Assembly: GCF_963921235.1 (NCBI RefSeq)
Contig: NC_086100.1
Coordinates: forward strand, 65,038,001-65,102,000
Source of the DNA: Mobula hypostoma
Lineage: Eukaryota
DNA: 64,000 nt
Reading direction: 5' to 3'
Below the pieces are notes generated by a model that was not told where the DNA came from, did no database searches, and was given only the letters and a program-made list of their open reading frames with translations. The position numbers were made by a program, and so were the translations under genes. Each line of letters begins with the position of its first letter. The first letter of the stretch is position 1. This document shows positions 12,925 through 24,844 of this stretch, piece after piece.

Positions 12925-13560
12925 ATCATACAGAGCTGTACAGCAGAGAAACTGACCCTTCAGCCTAACATATGCCTATAGTATCCCATTTGTTTGCATA
13001 AAGCCCATATCCCTCTATTCCTTTCGCATCCAATACCTGTCTAAAAGGATTGAAAACATTGTAATTGTTACTGCTTCTACTACCTCTTCTCACTCCATGT
13101 TCCTTTTACCAACCACCTCTGTGTGGAAAATCTTCTCCCTGAGATCTCCTTTGAATTTCCACCCTCTCACCTCAAAATGATGCCCTATAGTCCTAGATTA
13201 CTCTGCCCTGGGAAAAAGAGGCAGACTAACTCCTTTTCCATGCCCTTCATAATCTAACAAACCAAAGCTCTCCACTTCAGGCAACATCCTGGTGAATTTC
13301 TGTTGTGTGGAAATCAGAACTGTGCACAAATGCGGCCTAACCAAAGTGTTGCACAGCTGCAATGACATTCCAACTCTTACACTCAATGCCTTGGCAAATG
13401 CCTCTTTACTATCTTATCCACCTGTGTTGCTGTTTTCAGGGAACTATGAACTTACATTCCAAGGCCTCTCTATGTATATATCAACACTCAATAGATTACT
13501 GTCAGTAAACGTCCTGCCAGCATTTGACATCCAAAATGCAATACTTCACACTTGTCTGAA
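12925..13560 (-). mobile_element. Old CR1 LINE 3' fragment
   Basis: LCNTLVRPHL...KFTRMLP remnant and CR1-type 3'UTR. Confidence 0.7.
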
Positions 13561-13659
13561 TTATATTTATTTGCTATTTTCTTAAAGGTTGCTTTGAATA
13601 ATTATAAGTTATAGATGTAAGTTAGCTTTCAAACCTGTTTTATTTCTGTTGATAACACA

Positions 13660-14380
13660 TCAGAATCAGGTTTAATATCAGTGGCTTATGTCAAGAAATT
13701 TGTTGTTTTGCGGCTGCAGTACATCACAATATATAATAATAAAACTATACAATAAGTATGGTGTATGTATATATTTTTTTAAATAAGTAGTGCAAAATGA
13801 GAGGGAAAAAGATACTGAGGTAGTGTTCATGGGTTCATTGTCCATTCAGAAATCTGACTGTGGTTGGGAAAAAGCTGTTCCTGAAACATTGAGTGTATGC
13901 CTCAGGCTCCTGTACCTCCTCCTTGATGGTAGCAATGAGAAGAGGGCAGGTCCCAGGCAATGGCGGGGGGGGGGGGTTGTCCTTAATGATAGATGCTGCC
14001 TTCTTGAGGCATCACCTTCTGACGGTGTCCTTGATGTTGGGGAAGCTAGTGCCCATGATGGATCTTTCTGAGTTTGCAAATTTCTGCAGCTTTTTCTGAT
14101 CCTGTGCAGTGGCCCCTCCATACCAGATGGTGATGCAACCAGTTAGAATGCTCTCCATGATACATCTATAGAAGTTTGCAAGAGTCTTTGGTGACATACC
14201 ATGTCTTTTCAAATTCCTAAGTAAATATAGCTGCTGCCGTGTTTTGTTTGTAATTGCATCAATGTTGCCCGGAATAGATCTTCAGAGATATTGACATCCA
14301 ACAACTTGAAACTGCTCACTCTTTCCAGTGCTGATCTCTTGATGAGGACTGGTGTGTGTTACCTTGACTCTCACTTCCTA
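13660..14380 (-). mobile_element. Rex1/Babar-type LINE 3' fragment
   Basis: GMSPKTLANFYRCIMESILTGCITIWYG and 3'UTR. Confidence 0.8.
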
Positions 14381-14850
14381 GTTAGCGTTGTAAAGAAAGC
14401 TTTTATCACAATGGCATTCATAAATCAGAGTATTGAGTACAGGAAATGGGATGTTATGTTGAAGTTGTATAAGACATTGGAGGGGCCTAATTTGGAGAAT
14501 TGTGTCCAGTTTTGGTCACTTACCTGCAGGAAAGATGATAATAAGGTTGAAAGAGTACAGAAAAAAAATTACAAGGATGTTGCTGGGTCTGGAGGACTAG
14601 AGGTGTAGGGAAAGATTGAATAGGTCAGGACTTTATTCCTTGGAACGTAGAAGATGAAGGGGAAATTTGATAAAGTTAAACAAAATTATGAGGGGTGAAT
14701 GCAAGCGGGCTTTCCCATTGAGATTGGGTGGGACTACAACTAGAGGTCATGAGTTATGGGTGAGAGGTGAAATGTTTGAGGGAAAACTTTTTCACACAGT
14801 GGGTTGGGAGAACATGAAACGAGCTGCCAGTGCAAGTGGTGCATGTGAGT
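14381..14850 (+). mobile_element. CR1 LINE fragment
   Basis: AFINQSIEYRKWDVMLKLYKTL..PNLENCVQFWS. Confidence 0.8.
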
Positions 14851-15009
14851 CAAAGTAACTTAGATCACATTTCTTCCCCATTCTGATGAGTTGTCTGAAT
14901 GACAACTGAACCTCTTGAACACGTCCGCATGCTTTTTTTTTTGCACGGAGTTGCTGCCACATGATTGGCTGATAAGATATTTGCATTAACAAGCAGGTGT
15001 ACCTAATAA

Positions 15010-17250
15010 AGTGCCCTCTGAGTGTAGTGCCACTGGAGGGTCTTCATTGTGACTGCTTCAATTTGTTGGGCCTATGGTAGATCCTCGAAGTTTTGACTCC
15101 CAGAAACTTGAAGTTGCTCACTTTTTCCATTGCTAACCACTCTATGAGGACTGGCATGTCTTCTCCTGACTTCGCCTTCCTGAAGTCCATTGTTAATTCC
15201 TTGGTCTTGCTAATGTTAAGTGCAAGGTTGTTGTTTCACAACACTTAACCAACCGATCTACCTCACTCCTGTACATTCCCTCATTGGAACTGAGATTTTA
15301 CCAACAACAATGGTGTCTTTGGCAAGCTTATAGAAGGCATTTGAACTGTGCTTAGCTTCGCAGTCATGAGTATAGAGAGAGTAAATCAGTGAGCTAAGCA
15401 CACATCCTTGAATTGCACCTCTGTTGACTGTTGGCAAGGAGGAGATATTATTACTGATCTGCACTGACTGTGGTTTCCTAATAAGGAAGGCAAGGATCTA
15501 GTTGCAGAGGGAGGTACAATGGCCCAGCTTTTATAGTTTAGTGATTAGTACTGAAGGAATGAGAGAATGCTGAGCTGTAATTGATAAATAGCAACCTGGT
15601 TTAGTGCAGAGCGAGGGAGATCGCATCTGCTATAGACTTGTTGTGGCAGTTGGTGAATTGCAGCAGCTCCAGATCCCTGCTTAGGCAAGAGCTAATTCTA
15701 GCTATAACTAACATCTCAAAGAACACCATAATAGATGTGAGTACTACTGGACAATAGTCATTGAGGCAGCTTGAGATTGCTGTCCTTTACATGCAGGTGG
15801 GAACCTCAGACTACGGCAGTGAGAGGCTGAAGAAGTCCCTGAATCCTCGAGTCAGTTGGTTAGCACAGGTTTTCAGTACTTGGCAAAGTACTCCTTTGGG
15901 GCATGACACCTTGTGAAGGATATGCTGGGGTCACAGATCACAGGGTTGCTGGATGCTGTGGGATTTGCACAAGTGCAGTGTTATTCTCCCTTTCAAAATG
16001 TGCAAAAATGGAGTTAACTTGTCAGAGTGAAGCATCACGCCATTTATGCTGTTAAAAGTTCAAAGTAAATTTTATTATCAAACTACATATATATCACCGT
16101 ATACAATCCTGAGTTTCATTTTCCTGCAGACTTACTCAGCAAATCTATAAAATAGTAACTACAACAGGATCGATGAAAGATCAACGAAAGATCAACCTGA
16201 GTGCAAAAGACAACCAACTATGTAAATATAAATAAATAGTAATAAATAATGAGAACATGAGATAACAAGACGAAGATTTAGATTTAGATTATTTAGATTA
16301 TGAGGACACTCAGTCCTCGTTTATTGTCATTTAGAAATGCATGCATGCATTAAGAAATGATACAATGTTCCTCCAGAGTGATATCACAAAAAAAAAGACA
16401 AACCAAAGACTAACACTGACAGGACCACATAATTATAACATATAGTTACAGCAGTGCAAAGCAATACCATAATTTGATAAAGAGCAGACTGTGGGAACAG
16501 TAAAAAAAGTCTCAAAGTTCCGATCGACTCCCGATAGTCCCTGATAGCGGGCGGCAGAAGGGAGAAACTCTCTCTGCCATAAACCTCCAGGCACCGACAA
16601 ATGTCGATGCAGTGGAAACACCTGACCACAGCTGACTCCGAGTCCGTCCGAGAACTTCGAGCCTCCGACCAGCCCTTCGACACTGAGCACCCCGAGCACC
16701 ATCTCTGCCGAGCGCTTCAACCCTGTCCCGGCCGCCAAGCAACAAGCAAAGCCGAGGAATCGGGGCCTTCCCCTCCGGAGATTCTGGATCACACTGTAAC
16801 AGCGGCAGCGAAAAAGTCCTTAAAGTGAGATCGTTGGTTGTGGGAATATCTCAATGGATGGGCAAGTGAGTGTGGTTAACCCCTTTGTTCAAGAGTCCTG
16901 TTGGTTGTGGGGTAGTAACTGTTCTTGAACCTGCTGGCAAGTCATGAGGTTCTTGTACCTTCTACCTGATAGCGGCAGCAAGAAAAGAACATGGCCTGGG
17001 TGGTGAGGATCTCTGATGGCGGATGCTGCTTTCCTTCAACAGTGTTTCATGTAGACCTGCTTAATGGTTGTCAGGGCTTTACCCATGATGTATTGGGCTG
17101 AATCCACTTCTTTTTGTAAGATTTTCTGTTCAAAGGCATTGGTGTTTCCATACAAGGCCATGATGCAGCCGGTCAATCCACTCTCCACCATACATCTATA
17201 GAAGTTTGTCAAAGTTTTAAATCTCATGCTGAATCTCCACAGCCTGCTTA
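15010..17250 (-). mobile_element. Rex1/Babar-type LINE fragments (RT region ~15010-16050; separate 3' end ~16056-17250)
   Basis: [20 protein letters not shown]; KTLTNFYRCMVESGLTGCIMALYGN. 3'UTR matches 49540-49830. Confidence 0.75.
16274..16812 (-). mobile_element. Younger unclassified non-LTR/SINE-like insertion with a (TAAATC)n-type tail, nested in a Rex 3'UTR
   Basis: AGATTT repeats at 16274-16300, AATAAA on the minus strand, CpG-rich body. It splits a Rex 3'UTR that is contiguous at ~49725-49755. Confidence 0.6.
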
Positions 17251-17254
17251 AGTA

Positions 17255-18285
17255 ACATCCTTACTAATGTTTGGGGGTCTGTATACAACTCCTGTCAGGA
17301 TCTTTTTACCCTTGCAGTTTCTTAACTCTACCCACAAGGATTCTACATCTTCCAATCCTATGTCACCACTTTCTAAGGATTTGATTTCATTTTTACTGGA
17401 GATCCACACCAGCCCCTCTGCCTACCTGCCTGTCCTTTAGATACAATGTGTATCCTTGGATGTTAAGCTCCCAGCCTTCATCTTCTTTCAACCATGACTC
17501 AGTGATGCTCACATCTTACCTGCCAATCTCTAAATACACTACAAAATCATCCACCTTATTGCATATACTATATGGAATTATTCCTGTATCTGTCACCCTT
17601 TTCGATTTTGCTCCGTTACACTGCAACTCATCTCACCGACTGCAATTTTGTCCTATCATCCACCTGTCCTTCCTGATAATCTCACTACTTCTGCTTGTAA
17701 ACCAGCAGCCCCATCACTCCTGCCCACAAGGGTGTTTGTCCCCCTCAGGTTCGGGTGTAACCCGTCCCTTTTGTATAGATCATACCTTCCCAGAAGAGAT
17801 CCCAATAATCCACAAATCTGAAATCCTGCTCCCCACACCAATTTCTCAGCCACGCTTTCATCTGCCAAACCACTGCCACCTGGCATAGGCAGCAATTCAG
17901 AGATTGCTATCCTGGAGGTTCTGCTTTTCAGCTTTCTACCTAGCTCCCTAAATTCTCTCTTTAGGACCTTCTCAGTTTTCTACCTACATCATTGGTACCA
18001 ATATATATCAAGACCTTGGCTGCTCACCTTCCCCCTTAAAAATGTCCTGGACCCAATCTGAGACATCCCTGCCCCTGGCACCTAGGAGACAATATACCAT
18101 CCAGGTGTCTCTATCGTGTCCACAGAATCTCATTTCCACTCATCTATCAATGGAATCCCCTATCACTACCACACCCCTCTTCTCCCTCCTTCCCCTCTGA
18201 GCCACAGCGCAAGACCAAGTGCCAAAGACCCAGTCACTGGGGCTCCTCCCAATATGTCAAACCCCCAACAGTACCCAAAGTGGTA
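17255..18285 (-). mobile_element. CR1 LINE ORF1 (SGNH esterase-like) and ORF2 start fragment
   Basis: GRYDLYKRDGLHPNLRGTNTL, followed by endonuclease remnants. Confidence 0.75.
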
Positions 18286-18881
18286 TTGAGTGTAATCTGG
18301 ACTTGAAAGAAAAGGGGGTGGAGGAAAGCCACTCTAAAAACGTGGAGGGAAATGAGTGGAGCAAGAGTTGGCTGGTGATAGGTATATCCAGATCTGGGGA
18401 GGGTGGGGTTAATAGGCAGATGAGGGATGGAGGAGAGTGGGGAATTTATAAGGAGCTGGGATGTGATAGTCGGAAGTGAGAAAAAGGCTGAAGACAGTGG
18501 AACATGGAATAGAGGGAAGAAGGTGGGAAGGGGAACCGGTGGGAGGAATGTGTTGGTGATAGGCAGGTGGAGAAGGTGAATGAGATATGGACAGAGGGCA
18601 TTTGGATCAGGGAAAGAAAAAGGAGGGGGGAAGAATGTTCAAAGTAAATTTATTATTAAAGTAAATTCATGTCACAATATACTAACCTGAGATTCATTTT
18701 TGTGCAGGCATTCATAGTAGAATAAAGTACAATAGAATCAATGAGAAACTAAACACAAAGACTGACAACCAACCATTTCCAAGGCTCTATTCTATCACAA
18801 ACCTTCCCTATTATCCTCTTTACCCTTCCCACTTTTTCTGCAAATTAATTTGTTTTCTCTTCTGTTCTGATGCAAGATTAT

Positions 18882-19165
18882 ACAGTGGATGTCAGTAAAT
18901 TGGGCCATCAATTAATCGGGGCAACCACTTATTTGAGACAACAAAAACAAATTGGGAAAACAGCCTGGATTTTGTTTATTTGGGATATTATACCACTTAA
19001 CTGGGGCAGGAGACTGTTACTGAACATTTTCTAACTAGTGCCAGTCATGTGTGCTGGTGTGGTCATTACTGTGCTTAGATCAGTTTTTAAATAGTGTCAT
19101 TTGTGTGCTTGTGTTCAAAATGCAGTGATTTTTGTCACTGATAGTTGGCGAGCAATAAACAGTAA
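18882..19165 (+). mobile_element. Tigger-like transposon terminal fragment
   Basis: TA|CAGTGGAT...AATTGGGCCATC; similar to 35159 and to the reverse complement of 11900-12072. Confidence 0.7.
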
Positions 19166-19945
19166 TACAACTCAAACAACACACACAAAATGCTGGAGGA
19201 ACTCAGCAGGCCAGGCAGCAACAATGGAAAAAGAGAACCGGCACCAATATAGTCTTTGGCCACCTGAGGAAAAATGTATTTAGAAGATCAAGTCCTCAAA
19301 TTTGGCATAAAGGTCATGATGTGTCAAACTGCAGAGAACACTGCCATATTGTACACTTCTGAGACAAGGACTACCTACACAGCAGGCACCTCAAAACACT
19401 CAAAACCTTCAATTCATTGCAGGATAAACTAACTAACATTCCCATCTTAAAGCTTCTAATTACACTTAGTCAGTTCCAAAGGACAGGCTACATCACTAGA
19501 CTCAAATGTTCTTTACCAGGAGCAAGTACTCTGTTTGAAGGTAAAAATGCAAGTCCTGGAAATACATAGCTTCTGTGGAGAAAGAAACACTCAATTCGCC
19601 TTCCAGTATTTGAATATTTCCAGTTTAATGTTTCTAATTACAGGCACTGGCAAAGGTTTGCTTTCTTTTTATTCCAAGCTTGGTCACAGAAGTTACCAGA
19701 CAGCCTGTAGAAATGATTCTCAAGACTCTCTGTATAGGTCTCCTGCAACACCTCAAAATGGTGAAAAAGCATTTTGGATTGTATTGAGATCCCCAAGTCC
19801 ATTTGTCAGGAGCAGAGAGATATCCAGTGCAAACAATAAAAGAACTCCAACAACAGGAATTCTGCAGATGCTGGAAATTCAAGCAACACACATCAAAGTT
19901 GCTGGTGAACGCAGCAGGCCAAGCAGCATCTGTAGGAAGAGGTGC

Positions 19946-19981
19946 AGTCGACGTTTCAGGCCGAGACCCTTCGTCAGGACT
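19946..19981 (-). ncRNA. Minimal type I hammerhead ribozyme motif (intact core)
   Basis: Minus strand AGTC CTGACGA AGGGTCTCGGCCT GAAA CGTC GACT. Confidence 0.8.
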
Positions 19982-21121
19982 AACTGAAAGAAGAGTGAGT
20001 AAGGGATTTTAAAGTTGGAGGGGGAGGGGGAGGGGGAGATCCAAAATGATAGGAGAAGACAGGAGGGGGAGGGATAGAGCCAAGAGCTGGACAGGTGATA
20101 GGCAAAAGGGGACACGAGAGGATCATGGGACAGGAGGTCCGGGAAGAAAGACAAGGGGAGGGGACCCAGAGGATGGGCAAGAGGTATATTCAGAGGGACA
20201 GAGGGAGAAAAAGGAGAGTGAGAGAAAGAATGTGTGCATAAAAATAAGTAACAGATGGGGTATGAGGGGGAGGTGGGGCCTTAGCGGAAGTTAGAGAAGT
20301 CGATGTTCATGCCATCAGGTTGGAGGCTACCCAGACGGAATATAAAATGTGTGGCCACTGGGAGATCCTGCTTTCTCTGGCGGACAGAGCGTAGATGTTC
20401 AGCAAAGCGGTCTCCCAGTCTGCATCGGGTCTCGCCAATATATAAAAGGCCACATCGGGAGCACCGGACGCAGTATATCACCCCAGTCGACTCACAGGTG
20501 AAGTGTTGCCTCACCTGGAAGGACTGTTTGGGGCCCTGAATGGTGGTAAGGGAGGAAGTGTAAGGGCATGTGTAGCACTTGTTCCGCTTACACGGATAAG
20601 TGCCAGGAGGGAGATCGGTGGGAAGGGATGTGGCAGGGTGATATACTGCGTCCCAGTGGCCACACATTTTAATTCCACATCCCATTCCCATTCTGACATG
20701 TCTATCCACGGCCTCCTCTACTGTAAAGATGAAGCCACACTCAGGTTGGAGGAACAACACCTTATATTCCGTCTGGGTAGCCTCCAACCTGATGGCATGA
20801 ACATCGACTTCTCTTAGTTCCGCTAAGGCCCCACCTCCCCCTCATACCCCATCTGTTACTTATTTTTATGCACACATTCTTTCTCTCACTCTCCTTTTTC
20901 TCCCTCTGTCCCTCTGAATATACCTCTTGCCCATCCTCTGGGTCCCCCCCCCCCCCGTCTTTCTTCCCAGACCTCCCGTCCCATGATCCTCTCGTATCCC
21001 CTTTTGCCTATCAACTGTCCAGCTCTTGGCTCCATCCCTCCCCCTCCTGTCTTCTCCTATCATTTTGGATCTCCCCCTCCCCCTCCAACTTTCAAATCCC
21101 TTACTCACCCTTCCTTCAGTT

Positions 21122-21157
21122 AGTCCTGACGAAGGGTCTCGGCCTGAAACGTCAACT
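21122..21157 (+). ncRNA. Minimal type I hammerhead ribozyme motif
   Basis: AGTC CTGACGA AGGGTCTCGGCCT GAAA CGTC AACT; helix I G>A change. Confidence 0.72.
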
Positions 21158-22700
21158 GCACCTCTTCCTACAGATGCTGCTTGGCCTGCTGCGTTCACCA
21201 GCAACTTTGATGTGTGTTGCGTTAATAAAAGAACTCCACCACCTTCCAATCTATACACGTATCCACCTTCTTGCATTGTCAGCAGGTCGCACATAGGCCT
21301 GATCCTCCTCCTCAGAGTCCACTTAGACATAACGGATACAAGTGATACTTCACTTTGTATAAGTATAAAATAATGTGGAAGAAGTGAAACAGACAGTGTT
21401 TTTTTGCACCACATCACGGCGGTACTTTTGCATCATTTCTTTTACAGTATTTGGCTAGAACAAATGCATCTTCCACTGATTCAGTGCCTTTAATTTGCTA
21501 GTAATAGCCATGACATTTTGGCATTCTACAATTTAGGAATTACTAAAAAGAATCAGTTTCCTCTCTCTGTAAGGAGACTCACAGACCACACCAAAATCAT
21601 ACAAAAGAAAAAGGAAAATGTACAGGAGAAATATGACAAATTTCACAACACATGCTTGTGATAATACAATTTGATTCTGATATATATAAATTCCTGTAAC
21701 TTTTGAATACACAATTATTAACAAGTAAATACTTGAATTAATCATTTTTAGTACAAAATAGAGGAATATTCTGCAGAACAAAGGAATACAATCCAAAAGG
21801 GAGTAATTAAATGATTTTCTGAGTTTAAAAATTAATAGTCGGAAGGTTAAGTGATAAACTTCATTTGCTCATGGGTCTACACAGAATGAGTAAATTACAA
21901 AAAGATGATCAAGTCCTCTGAAAAATCAAATTTGCAACACAAGCTCAACAGTAATTTATTTTAATATATTTTTGTTAAACTTAGAATTTTTAGGTATAAT
22001 TGAAAATGTTTAGAAAGCTATCATTTACTTTCTTTCACAGATTACTTCAAAATAGTTACTCTTACTTAAGTGTGGCAAATGATTAAAGATGAGCTACTAA
22101 TATAATCCATTAAAAAATTACTGAACCTTTGGATTTTAATTTCTTGAGTCAAGAAGGTAACAGTGAGAGACTATGATACAGAGATAATCCTTTCTAAGGC
22201 ACATTAATACGGTATTACAAGTTATGTTTGCTTGGTAAAAAGGAAGATTTTTGTAATAATTAAACTTTCTGAGTTTACTGTCATTCAAACAATATCTTAA
22301 TCCATACTTTCTATTCATACATCTTTTTAAGGAGTAACTTTTATAATAATTCTACGTCTTTTGCAGTTTGTAGGTATTAATATTATTATATAATATTAAG
22401 CATTTTTCATCCCAATTTCAGTTGATGGCATTGTGGAAACACTAACCTAATTTTACATTGCAAAATTGTAAAGTGTAACCTTATCAAGGAATATCTCTTT
22501 AGCTAACGTTTGTAAAGTGCTGTACATCTAATACAATACACAGAAATTACACCAGTAGGACAACATTAGTACTTAGTGGTTAACATAGAATTGTTTGTAA
22601 ACCATTGACAATTACTGCAAATAAGAGCATAAAATATCTGCAAAATGATTCAATTAACTGGGATTTTTCTATAACTAAGTACTGAACAGCTCAAAACAAA

Positions 22701-22706
22701 TTTATT
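22701..22706 (-). terminator. Candidate polyadenylation signal for MOGAT1
   Basis: AATAAA on the minus strand ~53 nt after the stop codon; more distal signals are also possible. Confidence 0.35.
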
Positions 22707-22758
22707 CATTACACTGGGGCTAAATGTGCTTTTTATCTCAAGTGCTCAAATCGGAAAT

Positions 22759-22913
22759 TCAACTGAAAATCAGATGGTCTGTTTCAGGTATTCCATATTG
22801 AGCTTTGTGTTCTTCAAATAATTGATTTAGTGCCTCAATATATTTACTATGCAGCGCTTCAATCTCTTGGTTTGAAGGAATTTGATTCTGTTGCACAACA
22901 ATTGGCTTTCCCA
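22759..22913 (-). CDS. MOGAT1: MOGAT1 coding exon 6 (last)
   Basis: ttttacag|TG GGA AAG; VGKPIVVQQNQIPSNQEIEALHSKYIEALNQLFEEHKAQYGIPETDHLIFS*; 155 nt. Confidence 0.95.
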
Positions 22914-22959
22914 CTGTAAAATAAAACAAAACTATTAATCATAACTAATATTTCAGGTA

Positions 22960-23234
22960 TGTGGCACGTGGTTAAGGCGTTGGACTAGCGATCTGAAGGT
23001 CGTGAGTTCAAGCCCCAGCCGAGGCAGCATGTTGTGTCCTTGAGCAAGGCACTTAACCACACACTGCTCCAGTCCACCCAGCTGAAAATGGGTACCGGCA
23101 AAATGCTGGGGGTTAACCTCACGATAGACTGGCGTCCTATCCGGCGGGTGGGGGGGGGGGGGTACTCTCAGTCACTTCACGCCATGGAAACCGGCATAAG
23201 CACCAGCCTGATGAGTCTATAAGGCTCGGGACAG
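22960..23234 (+). mobile_element. tRNA-derived SINE with a CORE/Meta-like central domain
   Basis: A-box-like TGGCACGTGGTTAAGG and B-box-like GAGTTCAAGCCC; TGTGTCCTTGAGCAAGGCACTTAAC...AAAATGGG. 16-bp TSD ACTAATATTTCAGGTA at 22944-22959 and 23235-23250. Confidence 0.85.
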
Positions 23235-23487
23235 ACTAATATTTCAGGTACTGTGGTACTGTCACTTGCCTACTTCTTCCTAAGTCAGCAGTTCACAACA
23301 GTTCTCAAGAATAACATTAAAGGATTTTATCTTTAAAAATTTGTTTTCTTTTTAAAGTTAAATGGAAAGTAAAGGTCTGAGCAATTCTGTAATTTCTGAA
23401 TATTTGTATATTTAAACAAAAACACAGTTGAAGATTTGAAAATTCATAGTGGGTGTGTGTTGGCTAGCTTGTAGGAGGGGAAGGTGC

Positions 23488-23850
23488 AACAAACATATAA
23501 AATTATGGAACGGTTAGATAAAATAGAGGCAGGAAAGCTGTTTCCATTGGTAAGTGGGACTGGAACCTGGGGACATACCCTGAGGATTCATGGACACAAG
23601 GAGAAACTGCTTTTTTTGAGAGAGAAGCCTATGGAACTCTCTTCCCCGGGAAGCTACAGATGCTACATCATTGAATACATTTAGGACACAGTTAAATAGA
23701 TTTCCGCATAGCAAAGTAATTAAGGGTTATGGAGAAAAAGCAGGCAGATAGAGCTCAGTCTATGCCAAATCAACCATGATCTTATTGAATGGCAGAGCAG
23801 GCGCAATCAGCCAAATGGCTCATACCTTCTCCTACTTATTATGTTTCATA
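23488..23850 (+). mobile_element. CR1 LINE 3' fragment
   Basis: TYKIMERLDKIEAGKLFPL and CR1 3'UTR. Confidence 0.7.
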
Positions 23851-24844
23851 TCTTTAAAAGATTTCAATTTTTCTTCTCTTTTATGTGTATTCATTTTGGT
23901 GGTGCTAAAATGCATCAAAGAATCCTGATTGTGTAATTATGAACCTGGTAGATAAAGAAATTACTATGACGCTAGGGTTTCAAAAAGGGAAGGAGGAACA
24001 ATGAAAAGGGAAGGAGGAACAACGAAAAGGAAAGTAGGGAAAATTAATATCAAATTGGACAAAAAATTAAAATAAAGGATTTATAAATAAATAATTATTT
24101 ATAAATAAATTATAAATACATAACAAATTAATAACAATTTCAATTAGCACTGTTGAACATAGAGATGAGGATGCATTTCATAAAACTTACAGCAAATTGC
24201 AATTGGAAATGTATCCTCCACTGTCAATGGAAAAGTTACAAATCAAAAATGACAATTTCCATTGCACTTGTCAGTTGGAGAAAGAAAACTTTTATCTCAG
24301 ACCTCTACCGCCTTGTGGCTGTACCCACTCATGGGGAAGGCTTCAGCAATAAACCCCAAGGGAAAAATCTGGAGTTGGAGTCCCTAAGGCAGTCCTACAT
24401 TGAGTTCCATGCTGACTGGCAACTTGTGCAATGCTGCTGGTACCGAACTGTATCAGTCTCTGCTGTTCATTTGAGTTCATCAGATGCATGGAGAGGGGGA
24501 GCTTGCTACATGGACAACAGCTTGCTCAGGTTTGTGTATCAAGACAGCTAGGGTGCAACATCCCTGACCGACAGAGGCTTCACTCACTCATCATCAGTTG
24601 TAACTTGTGGCTTGTCATTTTGCCAACACACATTAAGTGAAAAATTGAACAGCAGAAACAAACACAAATAAAGTCAGAACATGCTGGGTACACCCAGAAC
24701 GTGAAGTGGCATTTGTGAAAAGATAAACAGGTTGATGTTTCAGGTCAACGTCCTTCATTGGATGCTGTGTCACCTGCTGATTGCTTCCAGAATCATCTGA
24801 TTTTATTTCTGATTTCCAACATCTATAGTTTGTAAAGTCAGGGT

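Larger units (their letters stand above)
19850..21223. mobile_element. Fold-back (inverted-arm) Penelope-derived insertion
   Basis: Two inverted PLE 3' ends with ~460 bp complementary. GIY-YIG remnants in the centre. 15-bp TSD AATAAAAGAACTCCA at 19835-19849 and 21224-21238. Confidence 0.93.

Noticed and set aside
19670-21330. Exon-like unique sequence flanking the fold-back (joined ORF MSKWTLRRRIRP...)
   Set aside because: No recognisable protein similarity, and a short ORF after removing the insertion.
19803-21417. Recurrent ORFs such as LLVNAAGQAASVGRGAVDVSGRDPSSG, also at 27067, 60107, 61164 and 62159
   Set aside because: Translations of the non-coding PLE terminal repeat, not a gene family.
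22960-23025. tRNA-like sequence
   Set aside because: It is the head of a TSD-flanked SINE and lacks a full cloverleaf acceptor stem.
23200-23236. CTGATGAG-stem-loop in the SINE tail resembling a hammerhead
   Set aside because: Followed by GGGA rather than GAAA, and no helix I/III closure found.
23983-24030. 21-bp tandem duplication (AAAAGGGAAGGAGGAACAA(T/C)G)x2
   Set aside because: Ordinary low-complexity slippage.
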